Shown: in pieces, positions 12,514 through 23,968 of the stretch
Layout of the letters: each line of letters starts with the position of its first letter
Position numbering within the stretch: the stretch's first letter is position 1
NCBI GenBank assembly: GCA_016882265.1
Contig: VGVB01000008.1
Span: 5,862 to 69,861, forward strand
Reading direction: 5' to 3'
DNA: 64,000 bases
Source: Gammaproteobacteria bacterium
GTDB lineage: Bacteria; Pseudomonadota; Gammaproteobacteria; Steroidobacterales; Steroidobacteraceae
Translations under genes and position numbers: made by a program
Notes under the pieces: generated by a model
Seen by the model: only the letters and a program-made list of their open reading frames with translations
Told to the model about the DNA's origin: nothing
Databases searched by the model: none

Positions 12514-13928
12514 GGCTGGCCCGCCGTGCGACCCGGCGCGAGGGTCAGGATCGTACGATTCTCCGGCCTCAGCCAGTCCGCGGCGACCTGTCGGATCTGC
12601 TCCGGTGTGATCGCGCGGAACCGCTCCTCGAGGCGATTGATCCGGGCCGGGTCGTCGTCGAACAGCGCGAAGGCAGCCAGCAGGTTGGTCAGGCCGAAGC
12701 GCGTATTCGAGCCGGCGAGATCATAGAGACCGGCGCGCAGCTTGGTCAGTGCCCGCTCGAGTTCCGCTGCGGACGGCGGTTCACGTTGCATGCGGGCGAT
12801 CTCGGCGTCGAGGTCGGCGAGGATCGCATCCGCGGCGGCCGGATCGTCGTGCACGAGATAGACCATCCACAGCATCGGGCCGTCGTAGTCGAACAGATTG
12901 CCGAGCAGGTTGACGCCGCCGGCGACCTCGCCGGCATGGCCGCGCTCGCGGACGAGGCGCTGCCACAGCCGGCTGTCCTCGCCCTGCAGCAGGATCTGGT
13001 CGAGCAGGCCGAAGACGTAGTGCTCGGGCGTGCCGCGCGGCGGCACGTGCCAGGCGAGGGCGAGGCCGGGCCGCGGCGCGAGCGCGTCCGTCTGCGTGTG
13101 GCGCTTGCCGGCCTGCTGGCGCGGCTCGGACACGTCCGGCCGCGGCGGTGTCGCGCGCGCCGGCACCGGGCCGAAATATCGCTCGATCCAGCCGCGGACC
13201 TGGTCCCGGTCGAAATCGCCGGCGACCACCAGCACCGCGTTGCCCGGCGCGTAGTAGCGCTCGAAGAACCCGCGCACGTCGGCCAGCGTCGCCGCGTCGA
13301 GATCGGCCATGTCACCGTAGAAGTTGTGCGCGTTGTGCCAGTTCTCGTTGGCGAGCTGCGGCAGCGACAGCCACGGGAAGCCACCGTACGGCCGGTTCAG
13401 CACATTGTCGCGGACCTCGTTCTGGACCACGCTGCGCTGGTTGTCGAGGTTGTCCTGCGTGATAGCCAGCCCGCGCATGCGGTCCGCCTCGGCCCACAGT
13501 ACGGTTTCCAGCGTGTGTGCCGGTACGACCTGGAAGTAGTTGGTGTAGTCGAAGCGCGTCGAGCCGTTCAGGATCCCGCCGTTGCCCTCGACCAGCCGGA
13601 TGAATTCCATCTTGCCGAGGTTGACCGAGCCCTGGAACATCAGATGTTCGAACAGGTGCGCGAAGCCGGTGCGGCCACGCGGCTCGTTACGGAAACCGAT
13701 CCGGTACCAGACGCCGGCCGTGACCGTGGGCGCGCCCGGATCTCGCGACAGCACGACGCGCAGGCCGTTGTCGAGCCGGTAGTACTCGATCGGAATATCG
13801 ATGCCGGTGACGGCGGCCGCTGCTTGTGCCGGGGCCGACTCCGCGGCCGGCCGCGGGCCGGCGGCGCAGCCGGCCAGCAACGCTGCGCCGAGCGCCGTCG
13901 CCAGCCACGCGCTGCGCCGGCTCGTCAT
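12510..13928 (-). CDS. M16-family zinc metallopeptidase (insulinase/pitrilysin-like), lipoprotein
   Basis: 472 aa. Lipobox 'ALLAGC'. Inverted zinc motif 'HLFEHLMFQG'. Paired with the downstream inactive subunit. Confidence 0.88.
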   Translation of the reverse strand: MTSRRSAWLATALGAALLAGCAAGPRPAAESAPAQAAAAVTGIDIPIEYYRLDNGLRVVLSRDPGAPTVTAGVWYRIGFRNEPRGRTGFAHLFEHLMFQGSVNLGKMEFIRLVEGNGGILNGSTRFDYTNYFQVVPAHTLETVLWAEADRMRGLAITQDNLDNQRSVVQNEVRDNVLNRPYGGFPWLSLPQLANENWHNAHNFYGDMADLDAATLADVRGFFERYYAPGNAVLVVAGDFDRDQVRGWIERYFGPVPARATPPRPDVSEPRQQAGKRHTQTDALAPRPGLALAWHVPPRGTPEHYVFGLLDQILLQGEDSRLWQRLVRERGHAGEVAGGVNLLGNLFDYDGPMLWMVYLVHDDPAAADAILADLDAEIARMQREPPSAAELERALTKLRAGLYDLAGSNTRFGLTNLLAAFALFDDDPARINRLEERFRAITPEQIRQVAADWLRPENRTILTLAPGRTAGQP

Positions 13929-13939
13929 CGCTGCCGGCC

Positions 13940-14707
13940 TTACTTCGGCGCCATGCGGATCGCGCCGTCGAGCCGGATGGTCGTGCCGTTCAGCATCGGG
14001 TTGGCGCAGATCGCCGCGACCAGGTCGGCGTATTCCTCGGGCTTGCCGAGGCGCGGCGGGAATGGCACCTGGCGGCCGAGCGATTCCTGCGCTTCTTTGG
14101 GCAGGCCTGCCATCATCGGCGTCTCGAACAGGCCCGGGGCGATGCCGACGACGCGGATGCCGAAGCGGGCGAGTTCGCGCGCCAGCGGCAGGATCATGCC
14201 GGCATTCGCGGCCTTGGAGGCCGAATAAGCCACCTGGCCGATCTGGCCTTCGTAAGCCGCCACCGAGGCGGTGTGGATCAGCAGGCCGCGTTCGCCGCCG
14301 GCATCGGGCGCGTTGTGCTGCATCAGCGCGGCCGCCGCGCGGTCCACGGTGAAGTGGCCGACGGTGTTGACGGTGAGCACGCGGGTGAACGCGGCCGTGG
14401 ACAGCGGGCCGTCCTTGCCCAGCAGCTTCGCTGCCACGCCGATGCCGGCGCAGTTGACCGCGACGTTGAGTCCGCCGAGCCAGTCGGCCGCGGCACGGAC
14501 CGCCGCCTCCGTCGCGGCCTCATCGGTGACGTCGCAATGCTGGAAGCGGGCGGCGGCGCCGAGCCGCGCGGCCGCGGCCTTGCCGAGCTCGTCCTGGACA
14601 TCGAGGAGCACGGCCCGGCCGCCTTCGGCGACGATCCGCGTCGCGGTCGCCAGTCCGAGCCCCGATGCGCCACCGGTGATGATGGCCCTGATCTCTTTCA
14701 TCTGCAT
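13940..14707 (-). CDS. short-chain dehydrogenase, type-2 3-hydroxyacyl-CoA dehydrogenase-like (3-hydroxy-2-methylbutyryl-CoA dehydrogenase family)
   Basis: 255 aa. 'ITGGASGLGLATA' cofactor motif. Catalytic 'YSASKAA'. Overall similarity to HSD17B10-type enzymes. The exact substrate is inferred from context. Confidence 0.75.
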   Translation of the reverse strand: MQMKEIRAIITGGASGLGLATATRIVAEGGRAVLLDVQDELGKAAAARLGAAARFQHCDVTDEAATEAAVRAAADWLGGLNVAVNCAGIGVAAKLLGKDGPLSTAAFTRVLTVNTVGHFTVDRAAAALMQHNAPDAGGERGLLIHTASVAAYEGQIGQVAYSASKAANAGMILPLARELARFGIRVVGIAPGLFETPMMAGLPKEAQESLGRQVPFPPRLGKPEEYADLVAAICANPMLNGTTIRLDGAIRMAPK

Positions 14708-14743
14708 GCTGCGCCAACCTCTGGTTCGCGTGGTCCGTGAATC

Positions 14744-15505
14744 TTACAGCCGCAGGCCGCCGTCCACCTCGAGTACGCGGCCGGTCAGGAAATCGTTGCG
14801 GGCGATGAAGACCGCGGCGGCAGCGATTTCGGCCGGCTCGCCGAGGCGCTGCAGTGGCACCGGGGCCGTGACCTTGGCCAGGGCCTCCGGCTTCATCGAC
14901 GAGAGGATATCGGTCGCGCAGAAGCCCGGCGCGATCGCCGCGCTGCGAATGCCGTAGCGAGCGAGCTCCTTGGCCCAGACGACGCTCATCGCCGCGACGC
15001 CGGCCTTGGCGGCGGAATAATTGGTCTGGCCGGGATTACCTTCGCGGGACACCGAGGAGATGTTGATGATCACGCCGCCGTTGCCGAGCCGGATCATGCG
15101 GGAGGCAGCCTCGCGCCCGCCGAGGAACACGCCGGTCAGGTTGACGTCGATGACCGCCTGCCATTGCGCAAGCGTCATGCCGCCGGCGACCTCGCCGTCC
15201 CTGACCTTGACCAGCAAGGCGTCGCGGGTGATGCCGGCGTTGTTGATCATCACGTCGAGCCGGCCAAGATCGACGACGACCGCATCGAGACTTGCGATCA
15301 CCTGGGCTTCGTCGGCGACGTTGGTCGGGTAGCCGGCGGCGCGGACGCCCTGGGCCTCGCACAGTGTGCGGGTCTCAGCGAGATCGGCCGCGTTGAGGTC
15401 CAGCAGCGCGAGGTTGGCGCCCTCGGCGGCAAAGGCGAGCGCCATCGCGCGGCCCAAACCGCGCCCGCCACCGGTAATTGCGACAACTTTCTGCTGCAGT
15501 CTCAT
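14744..15505 (-). CDS. SDR-family oxidoreductase (FabG-like 3-oxoacyl reductase)
   Basis: 253 aa. '[13 protein letters not shown]', 'NNAGI', catalytic 'YSAAKAG'. Confidence 0.8.
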   Translation of the reverse strand: MRLQQKVVAITGGGRGLGRAMALAFAAEGANLALLDLNAADLAETRTLCEAQGVRAAGYPTNVADEAQVIASLDAVVVDLGRLDVMINNAGITRDALLVKVRDGEVAGGMTLAQWQAVIDVNLTGVFLGGREAASRMIRLGNGGVIINISSVSREGNPGQTNYSAAKAGVAAMSVVWAKELARYGIRSAAIAPGFCATDILSSMKPEALAKVTAPVPLQRLGEPAEIAAAAVFIARNDFLTGRVLEVDGGLRL

Positions 15506-15584
15506 AGAGGTGCCGGACGTTCGTTTGGAAATTCGGGCACGTTAGCGGGTTTTGCGGCGCAAAACAACGGTCCGGCCGGGGCAA

Positions 15585-17554
<1,970 letters not shown>

Positions 17555-17558
<4 letters not shown>

Positions 17559-18343
17559 GCGTCCGGGATCCAGTCGGGGCGGCGCTTCTCCAGAAAGGCA
17601 GCGAGTCCTTCGCGGCCCTCAGCGCTCGCCCGCAGGCGTGCCAGCCAGCGCGCGTTGTTCGCGTTGCGCGCGCGGTCGCTGGCCTCGTCGCGGCCGCAGC
17701 CCGCGGTGAGCAGCCGCTTGATCTCGGTCTGCGCGCGCGGCCCGCCGGCCAGCAGCTCGTCCACCAGCGCGGCGACCCGGGCCGGCAGCTCCGCGGCCGG
17801 CGCGGTTTCGTGCACGAGGCCGATGCGCAGCGCGGTCGCCGCGTCCATCGCCGCTCCGGTCAGGGACCAGCGCCGGGCCTGGCGCGGGCCGATCGCGCGC
17901 AGCACGTACGGCGAGATCATCGCCGGCAGGATGCCGAGCCGCACTTCCGACAACGCGATGCGCGCATGATCCGCGGCCAGCGCGATGTCGCAGGCCGCGA
18001 GCAGGCCGACGCCGCCGCCGAAAGCGGCGCCGTTGATGATCGCGACGGTCGGCTGCGGCAGGATCTCCAGCAGCTCGAGCATGCGGCTGAACCGCCCGGC
18101 ATCGGCCTCATTCGCCGCCACGCTCGCCTGCGCGGCGGCGCGCATATCACCGATGTCGGCGCCGCCGCAGAAGGCGCTGCCGGCCCCGCTCAGCAGCACG
18201 ATGCGGACGCCCGGGTCCGCGGCCAGGCGTTCGAGCGCCGCGCTCAATGCAGCGACCAGCGCCGCCGACAGCGCATTGCGGGCTTCGGGCCGCTCCAGCG
18301 TCAGCGTCACCACGCCGCGCCGGTCACGTTCTTCACGCAGCAT
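17555..18343 (-). CDS. liuC: enoyl-CoA hydratase, methylglutaconyl-CoA hydratase-like
   Basis: 262 aa crotonase fold ('FCGGADIGDM', 'INGAAFGGGVGL'). Lies between the two carboxylase subunits and overlaps liuD by 4 nt. Confidence 0.85.
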
Positions 18344-18346
18344 GCG

Positions 18347-19957
18347 TCACATCCTGAATACGCCGTAGGCTTCGGGCGCGGGCGGCGGGCCCTGCGCGAT
18401 GATGCCGAGCGCGAGGCCGAGCACGCGGCGGGTATCGGTGGGTTCGATCACGCCGTCGTCCCACAGCCGCGCGGTCGCGTAGTACGGGTTGCCCTGCTGC
18501 TCGTAGCGGGTGCGGATCCCGGCGACGAAGCGCTCTTCCTCGTCGGCCGGCCACTCGCTGCCGCGCGCCTGCAGCGCGTCGCGGCGCACCGTCGCCAGCA
18601 CGCTGGCCGCCTGCTCGCCGCCCATCACCGACACGCGCGCGTTCGGCCAGGTCCACAGGAAGCGGCCGCCGTAGGCGCGCCCGCACATCGCGTAATTACC
18701 GGCGCCGTGCGAGCCGCCGATCACAATGGTCAGCTTCGGCACCGTGGCGCAGGCCACCGCGGTGACCATCTTGGCGCCGTCGCGGGCGATGCCGGCGTTC
18801 TCGTAGCGACGCCCGACCATGAAGCCGGTGATGTTCTGCAGGAACAGCAGCGGAATGCGCCGGCGGCTGGCGAGCTGCACGAAGTGCGCACCCTTCAGCG
18901 CCGACTCGGAAAACAGGATGCCGTTACTGGCGACGAGCGCGAGCGGATAGCCGCAGACGCGGGCGAAGCCGCAGACCAGGGTCTTGCCGTACAGCGCCTT
19001 GAACTCGTGGAACTCGGAGGCGTCGACCAGCCGCGCGATCACCTCGTGCACGGCGTACGGCTGGCGCAGGTCGCGCGGCAGGATGCCGCCGATGTCCGCG
19101 GCCGGATACAGCGGCTCCGCCGGCTCCTGCTGCGCCAGCCACTCCGGTGCCGGCGCATCGAGCGCAGCACAGGCTGCGCGCGCCAGCGCGAGTGCGTGCG
19201 CGTCGCTGTCGGCGAGATGGTCGACTACACCCGAAGTCCGCGCGTGCACGTCGCCGCCGCCGAGACTCTCCGCATCCACGACTTCGCCGGTGGCGGCCCG
19301 CACCAGCGGCGGACCGCCGAGGAAGATCGTGCCCTGGTTGCGCACGATGATCGACTCGTCGCACATCGCCGGCACGTAGGCACCGCCCGCCGTACACGAG
19401 CCCATGACCACCGCGAGCTGCGGAATGCCGGCGGCCGACAGGTGCGCCTGGTTGTAGAAGATCCGCCCGAAATGCTCGCGGTCCGGGAACACCTCGTCCT
19501 GCAGCGGCAGGAACGCGCCGCCCGAATCGACCAGATAGATGCAGGGCAGGCGGTTCTCGAGCGCGACCAGCTGCGCGCGCAGGTGCTTCTTCACCGTCAT
19601 CGGCAGATACGAGCCGCCCTTCACGGTTGCGTCGTTGGCCACGACCATGGCCAGCCGGCCCTGTACGCGGCCGACGCCGGCGATGAGGCCCGCCGCCGGC
19701 GCCTCGTCGTCGTACATGCCATTGGCCGCGAGCGGGCTCAGTTCGAGGAACGGGCTGCCCGGATCGAGCAGCGCATCGACGCGATCGCGGGCCAGCAGCT
19801 TGCCGCGGGCGACGTGGCGTGCCCTGGAGCCGGCGTCGCCGCCCAGCGCCGCGGCGGCCTGGCGCTCGCGCAGCGTCGCGCACAGCGCCTGCATCGCGGC
19901 GGCGTTGTCGCGGAACTCGGCGCTGCGGCTGTCGGCGTGGGAAGTCAGTCGGGTCAT
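18347..19957 (-). CDS. liuB: 3-methylcrotonyl-CoA carboxylase beta subunit (carboxyltransferase)
   Basis: The carboxyltransferase domain spans the whole length. Start chosen at Met17 of the 552-aa ORF ([15 protein letters not shown]...), giving about 536 aa. This start is 22 nt after the liuA stop and follows a GAGGG-like SD. Confidence 0.9.
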   Translation of the reverse strand: MTRLTSHADSRSAEFRDNAAAMQALCATLRERQAAAALGGDAGSRARHVARGKLLARDRVDALLDPGSPFLELSPLAANGMYDDEAPAAGLIAGVGRVQGRLAMVVANDATVKGGSYLPMTVKKHLRAQLVALENRLPCIYLVDSGGAFLPLQDEVFPDREHFGRIFYNQAHLSAAGIPQLAVVMGSCTAGGAYVPAMCDESIIVRNQGTIFLGGPPLVRAATGEVVDAESLGGGDVHARTSGVVDHLADSDAHALALARAACAALDAPAPEWLAQQEPAEPLYPAADIGGILPRDLRQPYAVHEVIARLVDASEFHEFKALYGKTLVCGFARVCGYPLALVASNGILFSESALKGAHFVQLASRRRIPLLFLQNITGFMVGRRYENAGIARDGAKMVTAVACATVPKLTIVIGGSHGAGNYAMCGRAYGGRFLWTWPNARVSVMGGEQAASVLATVRRDALQARGSEWPADEEERFVAGIRTRYEQQGNPYYATARLWDDGVIEPTDTRRVLGLALGIIAQGPPPAPEAYGVFRM

Positions 19958-19979
19958 TGTTGTGCCCTCGCCGGAAGCC

Positions 19980-21179
19980 TCAGGCGGTTGCCCGGAACAG
20001 TTCACGGCCGATCAGCAGCCGGCGGATCTCGGTGGTGCCGGCGCCGATCTCGTACAGCTTCGCATCGCGCAGGATCCGCCCGGCCGGGTAGTCGTTGACG
20101 TAGCCGTTACCGCCCAGCACCTGGATCGCGGCGAGGCCGGCGCGGGTGGCGCGTTCGGATGCGAACAGCAGGCAGCCCGCCGCGTCGAAGCGCGTCGTAT
20201 GGCCGGCGTCGCAGGCGCGCGCGACCGCGTAGGCATAGGCGCGGGCCGCGTTGGCCTCGGAGTAGAGATCGGCGAGCTGCGCCTGCATGAGCTGGAAATT
20301 GCCGATCGGCTGGCCGAACTGCTGGCGTTCGTGCAGGTACGGGACGACGAGATCGAGCGCCGCGCGCAGCAGGCCGAGCGGGCCGCCGGTCAGCACGACG
20401 CGCTCGTAGTCGAGGCCCGACATCAGGATCGCCGTGCCTTCGCCGACGGCGCCGAGCACGTTGGCGGCCGGAACGATGCAGTCGTCGAACACCAGCTCGC
20501 TGGTGTCGGAGCCGCGCATGCCGAGCTTGTCGAGCTTCGCTCCGGCGCGGAAGCCCGGCATGCCGCGCTCGACGAGGAAGGCCGTGATGCCGGCCGCCCG
20601 GCTGCCGGGCGCGACCGTCGCGTACACGATCACGACATCGGCGACCGGACCGTTCGTGATCCACATCTTGCTGCCGTTCAGGCGGAAGCCATCGGCGCAG
20701 GGCTCGGCCCGCGTGCGCAGCGACAGCACGTCCGAACCGGACCCCGGCTCGCTCATCGCCAGCGCGCCGATGTGCTCGCCGCTGACGAGGCCCGGCAGCA
20801 GGCGGCGCTTCTGCGCGTCGGTGCCGAAGCGAACGAGCTGGTTCACGCACAGGTTCGAATGCGCGCCGTAGGACAGGCCGACTGCGCCCGAGGCGCGGCT
20901 GATTTCCTCCATCGCAATCACGTGCTCGAAGTAGCCGTAGCCGAGGCCGCCGTAATCCTCGGGCACGGTGAGGCCCAACAGGCCCATCGCGCCCAGCTCC
21001 GGCCACAGCTCGCGCGGGAAGCGGTTGTCGCGGTCGATCCCATCCGCCACGGGTGAAATGCGGCGGCGGGCGAATTCGCGCACGGCGGTCCTCAGTTCGT
21101 CCGCCCGCTCGCCTGACTGAAAGTCCAGCTCGATATCGAACACCAGGAGCCTCGAATAACCCGGTTCTTGCGGCTCCAT
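19980..21179 (-). CDS. liuA: isovaleryl-CoA dehydrogenase
   Basis: Acyl-CoA dehydrogenase family with C-terminus '[20 protein letters not shown]'. The N-terminal region '[19 protein letters not shown]' parallels the IVD N-terminus. The start is uncertain: ATG at 21179 has no SD, and GTG at 21143 is preceded by GAGG. The track start at 21203 is a TTG. Confidence 0.9.
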   Translation of the reverse strand: MEPQEPGYSRLLVFDIELDFQSGERADELRTAVREFARRRISPVADGIDRDNRFPRELWPELGAMGLLGLTVPEDYGGLGYGYFEHVIAMEEISRASGAVGLSYGAHSNLCVNQLVRFGTDAQKRRLLPGLVSGEHIGALAMSEPGSGSDVLSLRTRAEPCADGFRLNGSKMWITNGPVADVVIVYATVAPGSRAAGITAFLVERGMPGFRAGAKLDKLGMRGSDTSELVFDDCIVPAANVLGAVGEGTAILMSGLDYERVVLTGGPLGLLRAALDLVVPYLHERQQFGQPIGNFQLMQAQLADLYSEANAARAYAYAVARACDAGHTTRFDAAGCLLFASERATRAGLAAIQVLGGNGYVNDYPAGRILRDAKLYEIGAGTTEIRRLLIGRELFRATA

Positions 21180-21183
21180 GATA

Positions 21184-21204
21184 ATTGTCCGACAATCCGA
21201 CAAT
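21184..21204. promoter_or_regulatory. candidate operator: ATTGTC-C-GACAAT inverted repeat followed by a second CCGACAAT direct repeat
   Basis: Read directly from the sequence: 21184-21189 ATTGTC, 21191-21196 GACAAT, and CCGACAAT at both 21189-21196 and 21197-21204. It lies in the AT-richer divergent region between liuA and the GntR gene. Confidence 0.35.
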
Positions 21205-21230
21205 CAATACCCGGATCGCAGGATGTGACG

Positions 21231-21962
21231 ATGTTCGAACCAGTCGGCCAATCGCCGGCCTACCGCCGGGTCTGCGAGGTGATCCGCGGGCGGATCCTGA
21301 GCCGCGACCTGCCGGAAGGGGCCGTTCTGCCGACCGAGACCGAGCTCGCCCGGCAGTTCGAGGTCAATCGCTCGACCGTGCGGGAGGCGCTGCGGCAGTT
21401 GCAGAGTAACGGTCTGGTCGGCCGGCGCCGCGGCGGTAAGCGGCTGGTGGTGACGCGGCCGACCAAGGAAGCAGTGGCTGGCGGATTCTCGCAGGCACTG
21501 GCGTTGCACGAAGCCCGGGTCATGGATGTCTGCGAGGCGCTGCTGGCCGTCGAGCCCGGCATCGCCGCCGCCGCGGCACGCCAGCGCGGCGACGCAACGG
21601 TGCAGCGCCTGCGCGCAGCCGCGCAGCGCTTCACCGGCGCCGGCGGCGACAGCGCGGAAGCCGTCGGGGCCGTCGCCGAGTTCTTCGATGCGCTGGCGGC
21701 CGGCAGCGGCAACCCGGTGTTCGTACTGCTGAACGAGCCGCTGATGGGGCTGCTGCAGCCGGGACTTGCGGACATCATCGACCGGGTACCGCAGGCGCGG
21801 CGCCGGATCGGCATGGCGCAGCAGCAGATCCTGCAGGCCGTCGCGGCCGCTGACGCGGACGCCGCGGCCGCCTGGATGTCACGCCACGTGCAGGATTTCC
21901 GTCGCGGTTACGAGGTCGCGGGCCTGCCGCTCGCAGCGGCGGTGGGCCACGGGCCGGGCTGA
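21231..21962 (+). CDS. GntR-family (FadR/FCD-type) transcriptional regulator
   Basis: Start at Met22 of ORF 21168..21962 (MFEPVGQSPAYRRV...). Winged HTH 'LPTETELARQFEVNRSTVREALRQLQSNGLV' plus a helical C-terminal ligand domain. Divergent from liuA. Confidence 0.88.
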   Translation: MFEPVGQSPAYRRVCEVIRGRILSRDLPEGAVLPTETELARQFEVNRSTVREALRQLQSNGLVGRRRGGKRLVVTRPTKEAVAGGFSQALALHEARVMDVCEALLAVEPGIAAAAARQRGDATVQRLRAAAQRFTGAGGDSAEAVGAVAEFFDALAAGSGNPVFVLLNEPLMGLLQPGLADIIDRVPQARRRIGMAQQQILQAVAAADADAAAAWMSRHVQDFRRGYEVAGLPLAAAVGHGPG

Positions 21963-21970
21963 GCCGGGGA

Positions 21971-23152
21971 TCAGAGCAGTTCGATCGCGACCGCGGTGGC
22001 TTCGCCGCCGCCGATGCACAGCGAGGCGACGCCGCGCCGGCCGCCATGGCGCCGCAGCCCGTGCAGCAGCGTCGCGAGGATCCGGGCGCCCGAGGCGCCG
22101 ATCGGGTGACCGAGCGCACAGGCGCCGCCGTGCACGTTGACGCGCGCGTGGTCGAGCCCGAGCTCCTGCATCGCCGCCATCGTGACGACCGCGAAGGCTT
22201 CGTTGATCTCGTACAGGTCCACCTCCCCCGCTTGCCAGCCGGCGCGCTCGAGCACCTTGCGCAGCGCGCCGACCGGGGCGGTCGTGAACCACTCCGGCTC
22301 CTGCGCGTGCGAGGCCTGCGCGACGATGCGGGCCAGCGGGCGCAGCCCGGCCTTCCGGGCCGCAGCGGCACCGGCGAGTACGAGCGCCGCCGCGCCGTCC
22401 GAGATCGACGACGAACTCGCGGCCGTGACCGTGCCGTCCTGGGCGAACGCCGGTTTCAGTTGCGGAATCTTCTCGAGCGAGCAGGTGAATGGCGTCTCGT
22501 CGCGCGCGATGCGGCTCTCGCCCTTGCGCTCGCGGACGGTGACCGGCGCGATTTCCGCCTCGAATGCGCCCGACTCGATCGCGGCCAGTGCGCGGCGCAC
22601 CGACTCGGCGGCGAAGGCATCCTGCGTCGCGCGGTCGTAGCCGTAGCGCCGTGCGGTGGCCTCGGCGAACGCGCCCATCATGCGACCGTCCCAGGGGCTC
22701 TGCAGACCGTCGCAGAACATGTGATCGAGCAGCTCACCGTGGCCCATGCGGTAACCGCTGCGGGCCTTCGGCAGCAGGTAGGGCGCGTTGCTCATCGACT
22801 CGATGCCGCCGGCCAGCACGAAGGCGGCGGCGCCGGCGGCGATCTGCTCGGCGCCCAGCATCACGGCCTTCATGCCGGAGCCGCACATCTTGTTGATGGT
22901 CATCGCCGGGACCGCGTGCGGCAGGCCCGCGGCGAGCGCGGCCTGGCGGGCGGGCGCCTGGCCCTGGCCGGCGGGCAGCACGCAGCCGAGGATCACCTCA
23001 TCGACCGAGGCGGCGGCGAGGCCGGATTCCTCGAGGACAGCACGCAGCACGGCCGCGCCGAGCTGGGGCGCCGGGAGTGCGGCGAGGGAGCCCAGCAGCG
23101 CGCCGATCGGCGTGCGACGGGCGCTCAGTACGACGGGGGAATGATCTGGCAT
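21971..23152 (-). CDS. acetyl-CoA C-acetyltransferase / thiolase II family
   Basis: Start at Met174 of the 566-aa ORF (MPDHSPVVLSARRTPIG...), giving 393 aa. Active-site Cys 'NKMCGSGMKAV'. C-terminal motifs 'NVHGGACALGHPIGASGAR' and 'CIGGGEATAVAIELL'. Confidence 0.92.
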   Translation of the reverse strand: MPDHSPVVLSARRTPIGALLGSLAALPAPQLGAAVLRAVLEESGLAAASVDEVILGCVLPAGQGQAPARQAALAAGLPHAVPAMTINKMCGSGMKAVMLGAEQIAAGAAAFVLAGGIESMSNAPYLLPKARSGYRMGHGELLDHMFCDGLQSPWDGRMMGAFAEATARRYGYDRATQDAFAAESVRRALAAIESGAFEAEIAPVTVRERKGESRIARDETPFTCSLEKIPQLKPAFAQDGTVTAASSSSISDGAAALVLAGAAAARKAGLRPLARIVAQASHAQEPEWFTTAPVGALRKVLERAGWQAGEVDLYEINEAFAVVTMAAMQELGLDHARVNVHGGACALGHPIGASGARILATLLHGLRRHGGRRGVASLCIGGGEATAVAIELL

Positions 23153-23228
23153 GTTGCTGATCCTGAAAGAAATAGTGACACCGGAACCGAAGACGGTTGC
23201 CCGGGGTCCCATTCGGTCCTGGTGGCTG

Positions 23229-23245
23229 ATTTTGCCCTGCAAAAT
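23229..23245. promoter_or_regulatory. AT-rich perfect palindrome ATTTTGC-CCT-GCAAAAT upstream of the thiolase gene (candidate operator)
   Basis: Seen directly in the sequence. 7-bp arms with a 3-nt spacer. It lies in the 107-bp gap between the TetR stop (23260) and the thiolase start (23152). Confidence 0.3.
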
Positions 23246-23259
23246 GAAAAAAGTCTCGC

Positions 23260-23901
23260 CTACCGGCGCGGTCGGAGACCGTCCTCGAAGAAGCCAATGA
23301 ACCGGTCGGCGATGTCGGCCGCAGCCAGCGCCTCGGATTCGCGGTGCCAGTGCGCGATCCAGTTCAGGGCTCCGGCGATCGCAAATGCCGTGATCTTCGC
23401 ATCGCAATCCCGAATCGAGCCATCGGCCGTGCCCTGCTGGATCAACGCGCGGATCTGCCGGTCGATTTCGCCCTTGCGGGCGCGGATCCGGGCGCTCATC
23501 GCGGCGTCGAGATCCTGGTCCTCGGCGCGGACCATGCACCAGCCGAATTCCGACGCGATCGCGAGTGCATAGCCGCGCAGGACGATGCGCAGCCGCTCGC
23601 GGCCGTTCCCGTGCGACCGGCGCGCTTCGTCGAAGGCCGCGCCGATGCCGGCGAGGCCGGCCTGGAAGCACTCGAACAGCAGGTCCTGCTTGTTGCGCAC
23701 GTAGTAATACAGCGTCGGCTTGGTCACGCCGAGCGCCGCGGCAATGTCGTCGAGCGAAGTGTTGTGGTAGCCGCGTTCGCGAAAGGCGCGGGCCGCCGCG
23801 CGAATCACGGCATCGCGCTTCAGTGCGCGGTCGCGCCGGCGGCGCCCGCCGTGCCAGGGGGAAGCATGCCCGGCGGCGACCGTTCGCTGCTGCTGCGTCA
23901 T
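23260..23901 (-). CDS. TetR-family transcriptional regulator
   Basis: Start at Met27 of the ORF (MTQQQRTVAAG...). HTH 'TSLDDIAAALGVTKPTLYYYVRNKQDLLFE'. Divergent from icmF and upstream of the thiolase. Confidence 0.88.
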   Translation of the reverse strand: MTQQQRTVAAGHASPWHGGRRRRDRALKRDAVIRAAARAFRERGYHNTSLDDIAAALGVTKPTLYYYVRNKQDLLFECFQAGLAGIGAAFDEARRSHGNGRERLRIVLRGYALAIASEFGWCMVRAEDQDLDAAMSARIRARKGEIDRQIRALIQQGTADGSIRDCDAKITAFAIAGALNWIAHWHRESEALAAADIADRFIGFFEDGLRPRR

Positions 23902-23920
23902 CGGAACTCCACGCCTGCGC

Positions 23921-23949
23921 TTGACGGCCACCCCGCCGCGGCCGATACT
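23921..23949 (+). promoter_or_regulatory. sigma70-like promoter candidate, TTGACG-N17-GATACT, for icmF
   Basis: TTGACG at 23921-23926 and GATACT at 23944-23949, with a 17-nt spacer. It ends 20 nt upstream of the ATG at 23969. The track's ORF start at 23921 is the TTG of the -35 box. Confidence 0.4.
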
Positions 23950-23968
23950 GCTCGCAGTTATCTTACTC

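Noticed and set aside
21971-23671. 173-aa N-terminal extension of the thiolase ORF (566 aa in the track).
   Set aside because: The extension is Arg/Pro-rich, overlaps the TetR gene out of frame and is absent from thiolases. The Met at 23152 gives a canonical 393-aa enzyme beginning MPDHSPVVLSARRTPIG.
23902-23968. Cobalamin riboswitch upstream of the B12-dependent icmF.
   Set aside because: The intergenic region is about 67 nt and largely occupied by a promoter-like TTGACG-N17-GATACT. No B12-box-like sequence is visible, and B12 riboswitches normally control transport or synthesis genes.
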